Assembly (NCBI RefSeq): GCF_964204645.1
Contig: NC_134027.1
Span: forward strand, 10,696,485 to 10,760,484
From: Tubulanus polymorphus
Taxonomy: Eukaryota; Animalia; Nemertea
Length of the DNA stretch: 64,000 bases
Direction: 5' to 3'
The position numbers were made by a program, and so were the translations under genes. Below are positions 1-11,167 of this stretch, piece after piece (the first letter of the stretch is position 1; each line of letters starts with the position of its first letter). The notes under the pieces are model-generated. The model did not search any database and was not told where the DNA came from. It worked only from the letters and a program-made list of their open reading frames with translations.

Positions 1-9
1 GAAATTATA

Positions 10-1410
10 ATGACAGAAGAAGATAAAGAAGCATTTGCGTTTGCAGGTAAATGTTATTATTGTGAAAAGATATTTAATTATAAAGATAAAAAAGTAAGAA
101 ACCATGATCATTTGAACGGAAAGTTTAGAGGCGCTGCACATGAGAATTGTAACTTACAAGCTAAGAAAATCAATTTTGTACCAGTTATATTTCATAATCT
201 ATCAGGATATGATGCACATTTATTCATCAAACAGTTATGTCATAAAATAGAAGAAATCAATAATGAAATAGAAAGATTAAATTCAAATAGATCAAAAGAT
301 AAAATACCAACTTATAAATTTAGAATGTTAGCTAAAACATCTGAGAATTATATATCATTCCAATTTGGTTGTCTAAGATTTATAGATTCATATAGATTTT
401 TAAATAGTTCATTAGATAACTTATCAAAATCATGATGATTAATTAAAAATATTAAAACAACACTACCCAAATAATGATGATGTCCAATTAATGAGATATA
501 AAGGCGCAATTCCATATTCATTTTATAAATCACATAATGATTTTAACATAACTGAATTATTAAAAGAACAATTCTATGATGAATTAAAAAATGAATATGT
601 TAAAGATGAAGTATATAATAGAACATTGAATATTTGGAATCATTTCAAAATAGAAAATCATGGACAATGTAGATTTATATTTAAAATCAGATGTATTATT
701 ATTAACCGATATATTCGAAAGGTTTAGAGATGTAAACCTAAAATATTTTAACATTGATCCTTGTCATTGTTATTCATCACCAGGATTAACATGGGATTGT
801 GGATTAAAATTTACAGATATAAAAATGGATTTGTTAACAAATATAGATCAATTATTATTATTTGAAAAATCTATAAGAGGAGGAGTTTCAGGTGTATTAG
901 GGGATAGATATTTCAATGTAAATGATAACCCTGGATATAAGTTATTATATATAGATGCAAATAATTTGTATGGTTGGGCAATGATGGAACCACAACCTTA
1001 TGGAGTATTTGAATTAACTGAAGTTTCACAACATGAAAATAATGATAAATTTGATTGGAAGAAAAGAATTCTAGATATTGCAGATGATTCAGATACTGGT
1101 TACTTTTTTGTTGTAGATTTAGAATATCCCGAAGATAGAAAATTTAAATCTAGAAATTTAGCTTACTGTCCCGAACATAAAACTGTAACTCATGAAGAAT
1201 TATCAAACTACCAAAAAAGAATTAAACCCGAAAATCATATTCATACAGAAAAGTTAATGGTAACTCAAGAAGATAAATATAATTATGTAGTACATTATAG
1301 AATGTTAAAGTTTTATTTGAATCAAGGAATGATTCTAAAAAAAGTACATAGATATATTTCATTCAGTCAATCTAAGTGGTTAGAAAAATATATACATTTT
1401 AACACCAAAC
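10..1410 (+). pseudogene. polB: Protein-primed family B DNA polymerase (pPolB), frameshifted and 3' truncated
   Basis: EndoVII-like CxxC..HDHLNGKFRGAAHENCN; ExoII FHNLSGYDAH; KGAIPY; ExoIII YLKSDVLLL; SIRGG; motif A YIDANNLYGWAM. Spread over ORFs 10-435, 491-727 and 660-1410, and ends at the insertion after YIHFNTK. Confidence 0.93.
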
Positions 1411-2991
1411 TATGGTGGCTGATTAGGGCCAAGTTAAAAAAAAAAATTCGTGGAATATACCATGCAAAAAATATATTGGATCGTTTCTGCGTCCGTTTCT
1501 GCGCGGCGCAAAAACGAAATTTACCGCGCAGAAACGCGCCAAAACGAGCGCAGAAACGAACCTTCGTTTTAGCGCCCATTTTGGCGCGTTTTAGCGCGGT
1601 GGTTTCTCGTTTTTGCGCCCCGCAAAAACGAAGTTCGTTTCTGCGTCCGTTTTTGCGCCGCGCAAAAACGAAATTTACCGCGCAGAAACGCGCCAAAACG
1701 AGCGCAGAAACGAACCTTCGTTTTAGCGCCCATTTTGGCGCGTTTTAGCGCGGTGATTTCTCGTTTTTGCGCCCCGCAAAAACGAAGTTCGTTTCTGCGT
1801 CCGTTTTTGCGGGGCGCAAAAACGAAATTTACCGCGCAGAAACGCGCCAAAACGAGCGCTAAAACGAACCTTCGTTTTAGCGCCCGTTTTGGCGCGTTTT
1901 AGCGCGGTGATTTCTCGTTTTTGCGCCCCGCAAAAACGAAGTTCGTTTCTGCGTCCGTTTTTGCGGGGCGTCAAAACGAAATTTACCGCGCAGAAACGCG
2001 CCAAAACGAGCGCAGAAACAAACGTTCGTTTTAGCGCCCGTTTTGGCGCGGTGATTTCTCGTTTTTGCGCCCCGCAAAAACGGACGCAGAAACGAACTTC
2101 GTTTTTGCGCCGCGCAAAAACGAGAAATCACCACGCTAAAACGCGCCAAAACGGGCGCTAAAACGAAATTTCGTTTCTGCGCTCGTTTTGGCGCGTTTTA
2201 GCGCGGTAAATTTCGTTTTTGCGCCGCGCAGAAACGGACGCAGAAACGATGCAATATATTTTTTGCATGGTATATTCCACGAATTTTTTTTTTTAAACTT
2301 GGCCCTAATCTATGGTGGCTGATTAGGGCCAAGTTAAAAAAAAAAATTCGTGGAATATACCATGCAAAAAATATATTGCATCGTTTCTGCGTCCGTTTCT
2401 GCGCGGCGCAAAAACGAAATTTACCGCGCTAAAACGCGCCAAAACGAGCGCAGAAACGAAATTTCGTTTTAGAGCCCGTTTTGGCGCGTTTCTGCGCGGT
2501 GATTTCTCATTTTTGCGCCGCGCAAAAACGAAGTTCGTTTCTGCGTCCGTTTTTGCGCCGCGCAAAAACGAAATTTACCGCGCAGAAACGCGCCAAAACG
2601 AGCGCAGAAACGAACCTTCGTTTTAGCGCCCATTTTGGCGCGTTTTAGCGCGGTGATTTCTCGTTTTTGCGCCCCGCAAAAACGAAGTTCGTTTCTGCGT
2701 CCGAAACGAGAAATCACCGCGCTAAAACGCGCCAAAACGGGCGCTAAAACGAACGTTTGATTCTGCGCTCGTTTTGGCGCGTTTCTGCGCGGTAAATTTC
2801 GTTTTGACGCCCCGCAAAAACGGACGCAGAAACGAACTTCGTTTTTGCGGGGCGCAAAAACGAGAAATCACCGCGCTAAAACGCGCCAAAACGGGCGCTA
2901 AAACGAAGGTTCGTTTTAGCGCTCGTTTTGGCGCGTTTCTGCGCGGTAAATTTCGTTTTTGCGCCCCGCAAAAACGGACGCAGAAACGAAC
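1411..2991. mobile_element. Two abutting copies of a non-autonomous TIR element filled with a 154-bp internally palindromic CpG-rich repeat
   Basis: Left end TATGGTGGCTGATTAGGGCCAAGTT at 1411 and again at 2311; inverted end ...AACTTGGCCCTAATC at 2296-2310. The 154-bp period shows in the repeated minus-strand ORF starts 1696/1850/2004. Second copy truncated near 2991. Confidence 0.85.
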
Positions 2992-3277
2992 TGTAAAATC
3001 TGTAGATTATAAATTCAAAAAGTTAACAGAATTAACAATCCATAAGAAATATCTAATTACAAATATTGATACAGTTACTAATAACTATGGAGATAAATTA
3101 GTTATACACTTAGAATATGAAGGATTAAAAGGAAATACATATAAATTCAGAACATATTTACCAGATAGATTTCATAGGTTATCAAGTGAAGATTTAGAAG
3201 AATTATGTTCTGGAGATTTCTATTTCGTATACAAAGGTAAGAATGAAAAAGGGCATCATGAAATAGATTTCGAATAA
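2992..3277 (+). pseudogene. Small Polinton-associated protein, 5' end lost at the insertion
   Basis: AT-rich reading KKLTEL..KKY.I...TNNYGDKL..TYLPDRF resumes after the GC-rich repeat; resembles small ORFs I recall from Polintons. Confidence 0.55.
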
Positions 3278-3294
3278 AAAAATATGTAAAATAA

Positions 3295-4056
3295 ATGGTG
3301 GAATTAAAAGAATACAGAATATTTGTTGATTCTAGAAGGCTTACAAATTATAAATCACATAATTTACTAGTACAATTAGATAGAGAATTCAAGAATTGTG
3401 TAGATTTAAAATTAGTTAATATAAGTTTATGTAATTCTTTTTATAATATATCGAATAAAACTATTGGACATAGAGCCTTTTTAGTTTTTAATAGACACAT
3501 AGATTCATGGGTCTATATATATCTAAAACCGGGGTTATATAATTTAGATACATTAGCACAAGAAATTAATAGAAAAGCCTGGCACAAATTAGGTAGTAGT
3601 TCTGGGTTTAGTATTAGATTTTTAAAAAGTGATAGTTCTGATAGAATAAAGATAAGGTTGTCTAATAGTGAAAAACATAAATTTATGGTAAAAAAACCTA
3701 TAGCTAAACTGTTAGGAATTCTTCCAGATAGATCTTTTACAAATATTGATGCTGCTACACCAAACTTAATACCTTACACGCATTTTTATATTTATTGCAA
3801 TTTAATCGATCCTACAAAAACATTCGAAGCAACTAAAGATATAACTTGTAATTCTGGTTTACTAAACATTTTACCATTGAAGAATGTTAAAGAATTTGGA
3901 ACGCAAATAAATTATAATTCAACAGAGTGTGATTTCAAACCATGCATTCCTCGTTTTAATAATTTTAGATTAGAAATTAGAAATCACAATGGATATTTAA
4001 TTGATTTGAATAACTTTCCTGTAATTTATGAATTAGTTATAAGATGTAAAGAGTAA
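3295..4056 (+). CDS. Minor capsid protein (penton)
   Basis: 253 aa; SFYNIS, LKPGLYN..L..EIN, LLGI, FYIYCNLID, LLNILPL, LEIRNHNGYLIDLNNFPVIYEL fit the Polinton penton pattern. Confidence 0.8.
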   Translation: MVELKEYRIFVDSRRLTNYKSHNLLVQLDREFKNCVDLKLVNISLCNSFYNISNKTIGHRAFLVFNRHIDSWVYIYLKPGLYNLDTLAQEINRKAWHKLGSSSGFSIRFLKSDSSDRIKIRLSNSEKHKFMVKKPIAKLLGILPDRSFTNIDAATPNLIPYTHFYIYCNLIDPTKTFEATKDITCNSGLLNILPLKNVKEFGTQINYNSTECDFKPCIPRFNNFRLEIRNHNGYLIDLNNFPVIYELVIRCKE

Positions 4057-4073
4057 TTTTTTTCACTATATAA

Positions 4074-4415
4074 ATGAATATAACTGTTGGACCGAGTATA
4101 TGTTTTGGGTTTGATTTTAAACATGGTAAAGAAATGAGAATTAAACTAAATGATGTAATTACTGATTTAAAAAGTAAATCATTTAACAATGCATCAATGA
4201 TTAATAAAGAAAATTATAATATAGGAAAAGTAATTGATTTAATTAAATCACCTTTAGAATATTATGAATTAAATGAAGATGGAATTATTGATGATATTAA
4301 AAACATATTAACCAAAATATATGATAATCATAAAAGTGGTAATGAAATAAATGTTGAATTAATCATAAATAAGTTAACTAAATATTTTGATGATAGTAAT
4401 TTTTTTGATAAATAA
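4074..4415 (+). CDS. Polinton hypothetical protein
   Basis: 113-aa ORF with TAAATG start inside the operon-like array. Confidence 0.55.
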   Translation: MNITVGPSICFGFDFKHGKEMRIKLNDVITDLKSKSFNNASMINKENYNIGKVIDLIKSPLEYYELNEDGIIDDIKNILTKIYDNHKSGNEINVELIINKLTKYFDDSNFFDK

Positions 4416-4637
4416 ATGAGTGATAATAAGTGGATAATAACTGGATTATATAATGGAGCATTACTATCAGTTGGAACTGTTGGTTATTCAATGGTATTAA
4501 AAAAAGTATTCAAAATGGGAAGTGTTAATGTTGATAGATTTGATATCAATGATATCTTAAAATTAACGTTAGCAGTTACTTTATCTAATTTAACTATTGA
4601 TTATTTGGAAAAACAAAAATATATTCCTCCCATATAA
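4416..4637 (+). CDS. Small hydrophobic Polinton protein
   Basis: 73 aa, two hydrophobic stretches, ends DYLEKQKYIP; stop-start TAAATG coupling to the upstream ORF. Confidence 0.6.
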   Translation: MSDNKWIITGLYNGALLSVGTVGYSMVLKKVFKMGSVNVDRFDINDILKLTLAVTLSNLTIDYLEKQKYIPPI

Positions 4638-4661
4638 ATACATAATTATTTTACTAAATAA

Positions 4662-5082
4662 ATGGCTTCTGCAGTTATAACTATTATAGGATCGGCAATT
4701 GTTAACGCTTTAGCATTTACTGGTGGTGGTTATTTATTCAAGCATATTGATAAAAATGGTTCATTAACAGAACAAAAAAGACATAACTTAGCATTAGAGA
4801 TATAATAAAGCAGCAGAAGAATATAGAGAAAAGAGGCAAAACTATATGGATTATATTAACAAGGAATTATATGATCAGAAGATTTCACATAGAGATTTTC
4901 GATCAGTTGATGATGCAATGAGTTTATATAACGCGGTAACCAATAAAGAAAAATTACATCTATACAAACCTAAATTATCAGATTATTATACCCCAAGTAA
5001 TGAACAGAAGAAATATGAAATAATATGGATTTTAGGCGGAACAGTTATTGTTATATTTGTTGCTTATAAGTTTACTAATTAG
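4662..5082 (+). pseudogene. Polinton membrane/coiled-coil protein, frameshifted near 4800
   Basis: MASAVITIIGSAIVNALAFTGGGYLF..EQKRHNLALE, then a frame change into ..MDYINKEL.. with C-terminal TM IIWILGGTVIVIFVAY. Confidence 0.65.
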
Positions 5083-5102
5083 TAATTTTTTTTGCTAAAT
5101 AA

Positions 5103-5524
5103 ATGGAAGATAAAGTTAATAATATTGATATTATTCCTCATGATATAAATAAAACTAAATTAAAAACATATTTAGAAAAACAAATATTAGATAAAAGATA
5201 AAAAAGAAAAAATATTTAAAAAGTAAAATTATATATTAATTGATTATAAGTGGTTCGGTTACAATTAGTTCTGTAATAACATTTCTAGCAATATTCAGTC
5301 CATTAACACCTTTAGCTATATCAATTGGTGTATTAGGATTAAGTTCAAGTGTTTTAACTGGTATGAGTTCAAAATTAAATAGAAAAAGTAATAAAGAAAA
5401 AATTAAAACTAATATAAAAGAAATTAATAAATTGAAGAATACACTAGATTATATAATAAGTTTAAATGGTCATATAACAGTTGAAGAACAAGATAAATTA
5501 TTAAAAGAATCAGTTAATTATTAA
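5103..5524 (+). pseudogene. Two-TM Polinton protein, disrupted
   Basis: TAAATG start at 5103 with an early stop; hydrophobic hairpin in ORF 5240-5524. Confidence 0.5.
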
Positions 5525-5540
5525 TTTTTTAATTATATAA

Positions 5541-6839
5541 ATGGGGTTTCCAAAAGCTTTCCAATATAATAAATCAATTAAATATAATATTCCTGCAATA
5601 GATTTTAAGAAAAATATTACATATAGAAATGTAGTTTTAAATTCATTAACTAATTTAGAAATTTATGTTACTGAATCACAGTTTTTTATTTCTAAAATGG
5701 AAAATATATTTAATACATATGAAGTTACTTTTACTCGAGATGAATACCATATATATAAAGTAAAATCTAATATGAAATATTGGCAGAATCTATTAGATTT
5801 TGCTGTTTATTGTGCAACAACAGGATGTGGAATAAGTTGGAATGATCATTTAAATAACTTAGATAAAAATTTGAAGTATTCTGATTTAAAATTAATTCAC
5901 ACAATATTTAGATTTCACACATATTTTCAAATCAGAATAATATTAAATGAATTAGAATGTCCTTTACCCGGGTCTAAATATTTTAAAGAATTGGATAATA
6001 ATATTAATCTATCTAAGTTTTATAAAATATGTATTGAATTTAATATAAATATTAATTCCGATTTTAGAGCGCATGGTAAATTGCAAGGTGTTGGTGAAGA
6101 GTTTGAAATAAAAAGAATTGATTATATGCATAGAATTTCAGCTTATCATAATTATAAAATTGATAATAATGGTTGGGTTAATTTCATTTTAGAAAATGGT
6201 GAAGGTTTTACAAAATCAGGTATACAAAGAATAAATCAATCTATTAGAACTTATTTAATTTGTATTCTAGGTGCTCAAGTTGAAACAAGATCCCCAATAA
6301 TTGGAAATGATAACACTTCATTCGATGCGCAGAAACAATTCAAAGTATTATTTGAAGATTCAATTCATAATGATAAAAATAGATCGATTCCACAAAACAT
6401 TGTAAGATATCAAAATTATTTAGATAAATCACATATTAGATTAAATTATTGTATAGGCCCTAATCTATTTATTATTTCTAATGATTTAGTATTAAAGATG
6501 GGAAACATAATTGGTTACAATAATCTAATTAAAACTGCAACAATAAATAATTCATTTGGATTAAATGATATAAATAAAATGATTATTACTGCTCCAAAAT
6601 TAATGGAAGGTGAAAAAAATAAAAAACACATTCAATCAACAGAAACTAAAACTGATAATATTAAATTAAATAATGATTCTAAAATAAAAGATTACAATAC
6701 ATCAGAAAATATAAAAACTGATAATATTCAACATGATATAATTAAACTAAATGATGATAATAAATCCCATGAAAATACTAAATTAGCTATAACTTGTATA
6801 GGAATTGTAATCGGAGGAATATTATATTTTAAATTTTAA
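5541..6839 (+). CDS. Polinton hypothetical protein with C-terminal TM anchor
   Basis: 432-aa open ORF; FAVYCATTGCGIS, FRFHTYFQIR, ILGAQVETRS blocks; terminal LAITCIGIVIGGILYF. Confidence 0.7.
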   Translation: MGFPKAFQYNKSIKYNIPAIDFKKNITYRNVVLNSLTNLEIYVTESQFFISKMENIFNTYEVTFTRDEYHIYKVKSNMKYWQNLLDFAVYCATTGCGISWNDHLNNLDKNLKYSDLKLIHTIFRFHTYFQIRIILNELECPLPGSKYFKELDNNINLSKFYKICIEFNININSDFRAHGKLQGVGEEFEIKRIDYMHRISAYHNYKIDNNGWVNFILENGEGFTKSGIQRINQSIRTYLICILGAQVETRSPIIGNDNTSFDAQKQFKVLFEDSIHNDKNRSIPQNIVRYQNYLDKSHIRLNYCIGPNLFIISNDLVLKMGNIIGYNNLIKTATINNSFGLNDINKMIITAPKLMEGEKNKKHIQSTETKTDNIKLNNDSKIKDYNTSENIKTDNIQHDIIKLNDDNKSHENTKLAITCIGIVIGGILYFKF

Positions 6840-6855
6840 TTTTTTTATTATGTAA

Positions 6856-8310
6856 ATGGCAGAAGGTGGAGAAGATTATGAAATGGAAGGCATGGGAAAT
6901 AATAATGAAGGATATATTGATGATGATAATAATGATGCAGAAACTAATATTGATGATGGTAATGAATTAGCATATAATTCTAATTTAGCAGATAGTGGTT
7001 CTAAAGCCCCATCAACAGATGAATTTGATAGAAGAACTAGATCGAGAATAAATCCTGAAAATGAAAATCAAGGTTTAGTAAAACAAAATTTAGAACATAA
7101 TGAATATATTTATAATTTCAAACCTATATTTGAAAAATCTGGATATAATATAAATGCCAGAGGCGCCAGACTTTTAGTACAAGAATTAAAATCTCTAGAT
7201 GGTGAATATTATTATCATTTGAAAGATGATTATTATATTGATATCACTTATAAAAATCAAAACAAAATATTAGCAGGATCAACTTTGGAAAAATTAGAAC
7301 CAGATAGAATCAAAAGAATAAGTTATAATAGTAATGAAATAGAAGATGTAACACAAGAAGAAATAAATCAAAATAGAAGAGTATTTAAACAAAGAATTAA
7401 TGATTTATTTGAAACAATCGATAATAATTTAGAAACAGAAACAACTTCTGAACAGAATATAACTTCCAAAACTAGTAAACTTAAATCAAACACTGAAGTT
7501 CAAACTGAAAAACTTTTACAAAATGGATTACTTGATGCAACAGATCAAGAAATAGAAGCTTTAAGTATGTTTTCTAAAAAAACAATTAGAGAAATAATAA
7601 GTATACGAAATGAAGCCGATAAAATTGCGCGCGAAAAACATATTAGATATAATAAAATTAAACCTTTAGAAAATAAATTATTTGACACCAGAAAAGAATT
7701 AGAACAATTAAAATTAGATAGAGAATTTAAAGTTATTGAAGAAATTGAATTTAAAAAAAGAAATGCATATTTAGAAAAAGAAATTGATGATTTAGAATAT
7801 AACATAGAATTTCAGAAAGAAAAAATGAAATTATTATCAAAATCATACGATTATTGTATCAATAGATTAAAAGTTGTTGTTAAAGAGTTAATACTAAAAC
7901 CAAATTCTGACATATCACTAAAAGATAGAATAAAATTATCATTTAAGTTTGAAGGAATAACAATTCTTTCAATTCTAACAGCTGTAACTATGTTATTTAC
8001 AACAATTGGTTTAGCAATATCAAATTCTTTGAAATCTACTCCTACTCCCAATAAACCAGATAAACCCCCGAATGACAATAATTCTATACAAGATAAAGTT
8101 AAAGATGGTTTAAAGAAATTAGCAAAATATTTATGGGAACTATCTAAAAAATCTGCTGCAGCATTGCCAGGAATTATTGCATCAATTGTTGGTTTGATAT
8201 TGAAATCTGCAGGAAACTTTGCTGCTGAACATATTATTTCATTTTTAATTACAGTTGTAAGTGCAATTATTTTTGGGTTAGTAAATATGATATCAAAAAA
8301 TATCAAGTAA
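6856..8310 (+). CDS. Coiled-coil protein with C-terminal membrane segments
   Basis: 484 aa; acidic N-terminus, E/K-rich heptads, three hydrophobic C-terminal segments (GITILSILTAV.., ALPGIIASIVGLIL, IISFLITVVSAIIFGLV). Confidence 0.7.
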   Translation: MAEGGEDYEMEGMGNNNEGYIDDDNNDAETNIDDGNELAYNSNLADSGSKAPSTDEFDRRTRSRINPENENQGLVKQNLEHNEYIYNFKPIFEKSGYNINARGARLLVQELKSLDGEYYYHLKDDYYIDITYKNQNKILAGSTLEKLEPDRIKRISYNSNEIEDVTQEEINQNRRVFKQRINDLFETIDNNLETETTSEQNITSKTSKLKSNTEVQTEKLLQNGLLDATDQEIEALSMFSKKTIREIISIRNEADKIAREKHIRYNKIKPLENKLFDTRKELEQLKLDREFKVIEEIEFKKRNAYLEKEIDDLEYNIEFQKEKMKLLSKSYDYCINRLKVVVKELILKPNSDISLKDRIKLSFKFEGITILSILTAVTMLFTTIGLAISNSLKSTPTPNKPDKPPNDNNSIQDKVKDGLKKLAKYLWELSKKSAAALPGIIASIVGLILKSAGNFAAEHIISFLITVVSAIIFGLVNMISKNIK

Positions 8311-8350
8311 ACATGATAAAAAATAAATAATTAATTTTTTTGTTAAATAA

Positions 8351-8520
8351 ATGAGTGGGAGTTATATCAATCCTTCTAAGAATCATAGAATATCTAATGC
8401 TATTAAAGCAGAAAGATCACATCATATAATTACTCATAACCCTTCTAATATTAATCCCGATGAAACTTTATATGTTAGAATTCCGAGATTAACACAAAAT
8501 ACTTTTTATGTTCCAAATAG
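8351..8520 (+). pseudogene. Major capsid protein, 5' part
   Basis: MSGSYINPS..IITHNPSNINPDETLYVRIPRL..YVPNS; the reading resumes at ~14087 after the retrotransposon. Confidence 0.75.
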
Positions 8521-8649
8521 TATGTTCCAAATAGTATTGCCAATGCAAGTTATGCAGAGGCCCACATTCAGCCGTTCGCTGTCCGCGTCGGAAAACGCCC
8601 AGCCCCTCGACTGGATATAAACGTAGCGACCCCACCTACAAATCATAGT

Positions 8650-10242
8650 TTGCCGACGCCGGTCAAAATTTCCGAACTTAGAAAATACATTTACGATTAC
8701 AAGGCCGAGGATCGTGACATTATTATTGAAGGTTTTACTTCGGGTTTTCGCTTAGATAGTTTTTTCTCTGGCCCCTCATCTACCAAATGCGTCGATAACC
8801 TTAAGTCCGCTAGGGAGCGCCCTGACGTGATACGTGAAAGAGTCAACAAAGAGCTTGCAACGGGTAGAGTTCTGGGCCCTTTTCAGACTCCATTCATCCC
8901 GGACGGTACCCCAATTCACGTTTCAACCCTAGGGGTAGTTCCTAAAAGCTCCGGGGGTTTTAGGGTTATTCACCATCTATCGTACCCGGAAGGCTCGTCG
9001 ATAAACGATTTTATTCCCGAGGAGGCATCCACCATTAAATACTCGACAATCCAGGATGCGATTAAAATCATCAAGTCCCTTGGTGACGATGTTTTCCTAG
9101 CAAAGACCGACATAGAGTCGGCTTTCAGGATAATCCCTATACATAAGTTAGACCAACCACTGTTGGGTTTCACTTTAGACGGTCTTTTTTACGTCGACGC
9201 AGTTCTGCCCATGGGCGCAGCCAGCTCCTGCGCGATTTTTGACCGGTTCTCGTCGTGTATTAAATGGATTGCGATTAATAAGCTCGGGATTTCCCACATT
9301 GTACATATTTTAGATGATTTTTTGATTATTGCTAAGGGCAAATCTAAGTGCGACCGCGATCTGATAAATTTTCTTGACCTATGCGAACAGCTCGGCGTAC
9401 CCATAAAGGAAGTCAAAACTTTTCGCCCGTCGCAAATCCTACCGTTTGCCGGCATCACGCTCGATACTATTTTGCACGAGGCACGTTTGCCGGAAGATAA
9501 ATTGGCAAAATGCATGGCCCTGGTGGAAACATTCCTGTCTAAACGGAAAGTGACTTTGCGAGAGTTACAGTCACTACTAGGGACGTTGAATTTTGCCTGC
9601 TCAGTCATCGTACCGGGACGACCGTTTCTCAGGAGGCTGATCGACCTCACTGTGGGCGTGCCTCACCGTTCGTTGCACATTTCACTGACGGCGAGCGCGA
9701 AGAATGATCTCCGGGTCTGGAACGTCTTCCTTTCAAATTTTAACGGTCGATCATTTTTCATCGATGAGCGTAAGCTCACTAACGATCGTTTGAATTTGTA
9801 CACTGATTCCGCCGGTGCTTTTGGTTACGGTGCCGTTTACGGCACCCACTGGTTCCACGGTTCGTGGCCTTTAAGCTGGAAGTCTTGTTCGATCGCGGTC
9901 CTTGAACTATACCCAATCGTTGCCGCACTATCAATATGGGGGGCACATTGGAAAAATAAGACTATATGTTTTAATTCCGATAACCAATCGGTGGTCCACG
10001 TTATTAATAAACAATCTTCACGGGACAAGGCTATGATGACCCTCGTCCGCAAGATGGTCTCTGTTTGTTTGAAATTTAACATCGTTTTCATTAGCGAACA
10101 TATACCCGGAAAATATAACATTTTACCCGACCTACATTCTCGGTTCCAGTTTCGTCGATTTCGCATGGAAGCGCCATGGGCCGACCCTCAACCTACGCCG
10201 GTTCCCCAGTCTTGGCTGCCAGCAAATATAAACCTACTATAG
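8650..10242 (+). CDS. Reverse transcriptase / RNase H (DIRS/Ngaro type)
   Basis: LAKTDIESAFR, LPMGAASSCAIF, HILDDFL; RNase H LYTDSAG, LELYPIV, SDNQSVV. 530 aa open. Confidence 0.95.
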   Translation: MPTPVKISELRKYIYDYKAEDRDIIIEGFTSGFRLDSFFSGPSSTKCVDNLKSARERPDVIRERVNKELATGRVLGPFQTPFIPDGTPIHVSTLGVVPKSSGGFRVIHHLSYPEGSSINDFIPEEASTIKYSTIQDAIKIIKSLGDDVFLAKTDIESAFRIIPIHKLDQPLLGFTLDGLFYVDAVLPMGAASSCAIFDRFSSCIKWIAINKLGISHIVHILDDFLIIAKGKSKCDRDLINFLDLCEQLGVPIKEVKTFRPSQILPFAGITLDTILHEARLPEDKLAKCMALVETFLSKRKVTLRELQSLLGTLNFACSVIVPGRPFLRRLIDLTVGVPHRSLHISLTASAKNDLRVWNVFLSNFNGRSFFIDERKLTNDRLNLYTDSAGAFGYGAVYGTHWFHGSWPLSWKSCSIAVLELYPIVAALSIWGAHWKNKTICFNSDNQSVVHVINKQSSRDKAMMTLVRKMVSVCLKFNIVFISEHIPGKYNILPDLHSRFQFRRFRMEAPWADPQPTPVPQSWLPANINLL

Positions 10243-11131
10243 ACGCCCTGTTAGCAGCGGCTTTGACGACGGAAACCGCGAAGGCCTATGATCGGTCTTG
10301 GGGTAAGCTAGTCGCGTTTGGCCAGCAGTTGGGCATCACAATATTTTGGTCCCGGTTTCGGAATATTCCATCGTCTTGTTCGTCGCACATTTGCACGAAA
10401 AGGGTTTGTCGGCCGCAGCTACTGCGTCGACATTGTCGGCAATTTCATATTTTCACAAGATAAAAGGGGAGGCCGACCCTTGTCGATCATTTATCATTCA
10501 GAAAATGTTAGCAGGCGCGAGAAATCTATCGCGGAGTTTCGACGTTCGTCTCCCAATTACCGCAGATGTTTTGGCCCGTTTATTTGACTGTCTTGCTGTG
10601 ACGGGAAGTCTGTCCTACAACCGCCCTTTAGTGAAATCTGTTATGACCATCGCGTTTTGTGGTTATTTCCGCCTAGGGGAGCTCTTACCGAGGACACTCG
10701 CCCTAACGCAGAGTGTAGTACAGCTCGAAGACGTGGCACTCACCGCCTTTGGTCTCCAAATAGTCCTAAAGAAGTTTAAGCACAGCGCACGCGTTGGCCC
10801 TCAGGTCATACAGGTTGATTTTTCCTCCCTTTCGACCAGGGTTACCGATGCCCGATCGACTATCACCACTTATTTACAGCGCCGAGGCCCGCGTCCAGGC
10901 CCGCTTTTTATAGACTGCAGTGGAGCTCCGTGGTTAAGGCGAGCATTCGACCGTCGCCTCGTGTGCTTGCTGGAGTGGTGTAAACTGTCACCTAGGGCGT
11001 TCAAGGGTCACTCCTTCCGCATCGGCGCTGCAACCGATGCAGCATCGAGGGGAGTCCCCGACGCACAGATTAGGGCGGCAGGCCGGTGGAATTCCGAGGC
11101 CTTCCGTAAATACATAAGGATTGCGAGGTGA
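10176..11131 (+). pseudogene. Tyrosine recombinase with an apparent frameshift near 10345
   Basis: N-terminal helical part in ORF 10176-; catalytic FRLGEL, HSFRIGAAT, GRWNSEAFRKY in ORF 10346-11131; overlaps the RT end. Confidence 0.9.
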
Positions 11132-11167
11132 TCGTGTGGGCTCAGCCACAGGTGGGTGGCTTTGTGG

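Noticed and set aside
1367-2990. Many R/A/F/K-rich ORFs on both strands
   Set aside because: Translations of the 154-bp palindromic repeat.
7545-10166. Minus-strand ORFs over the Polinton and RT genes
   Set aside because: Antisense shadows of real coding frames.
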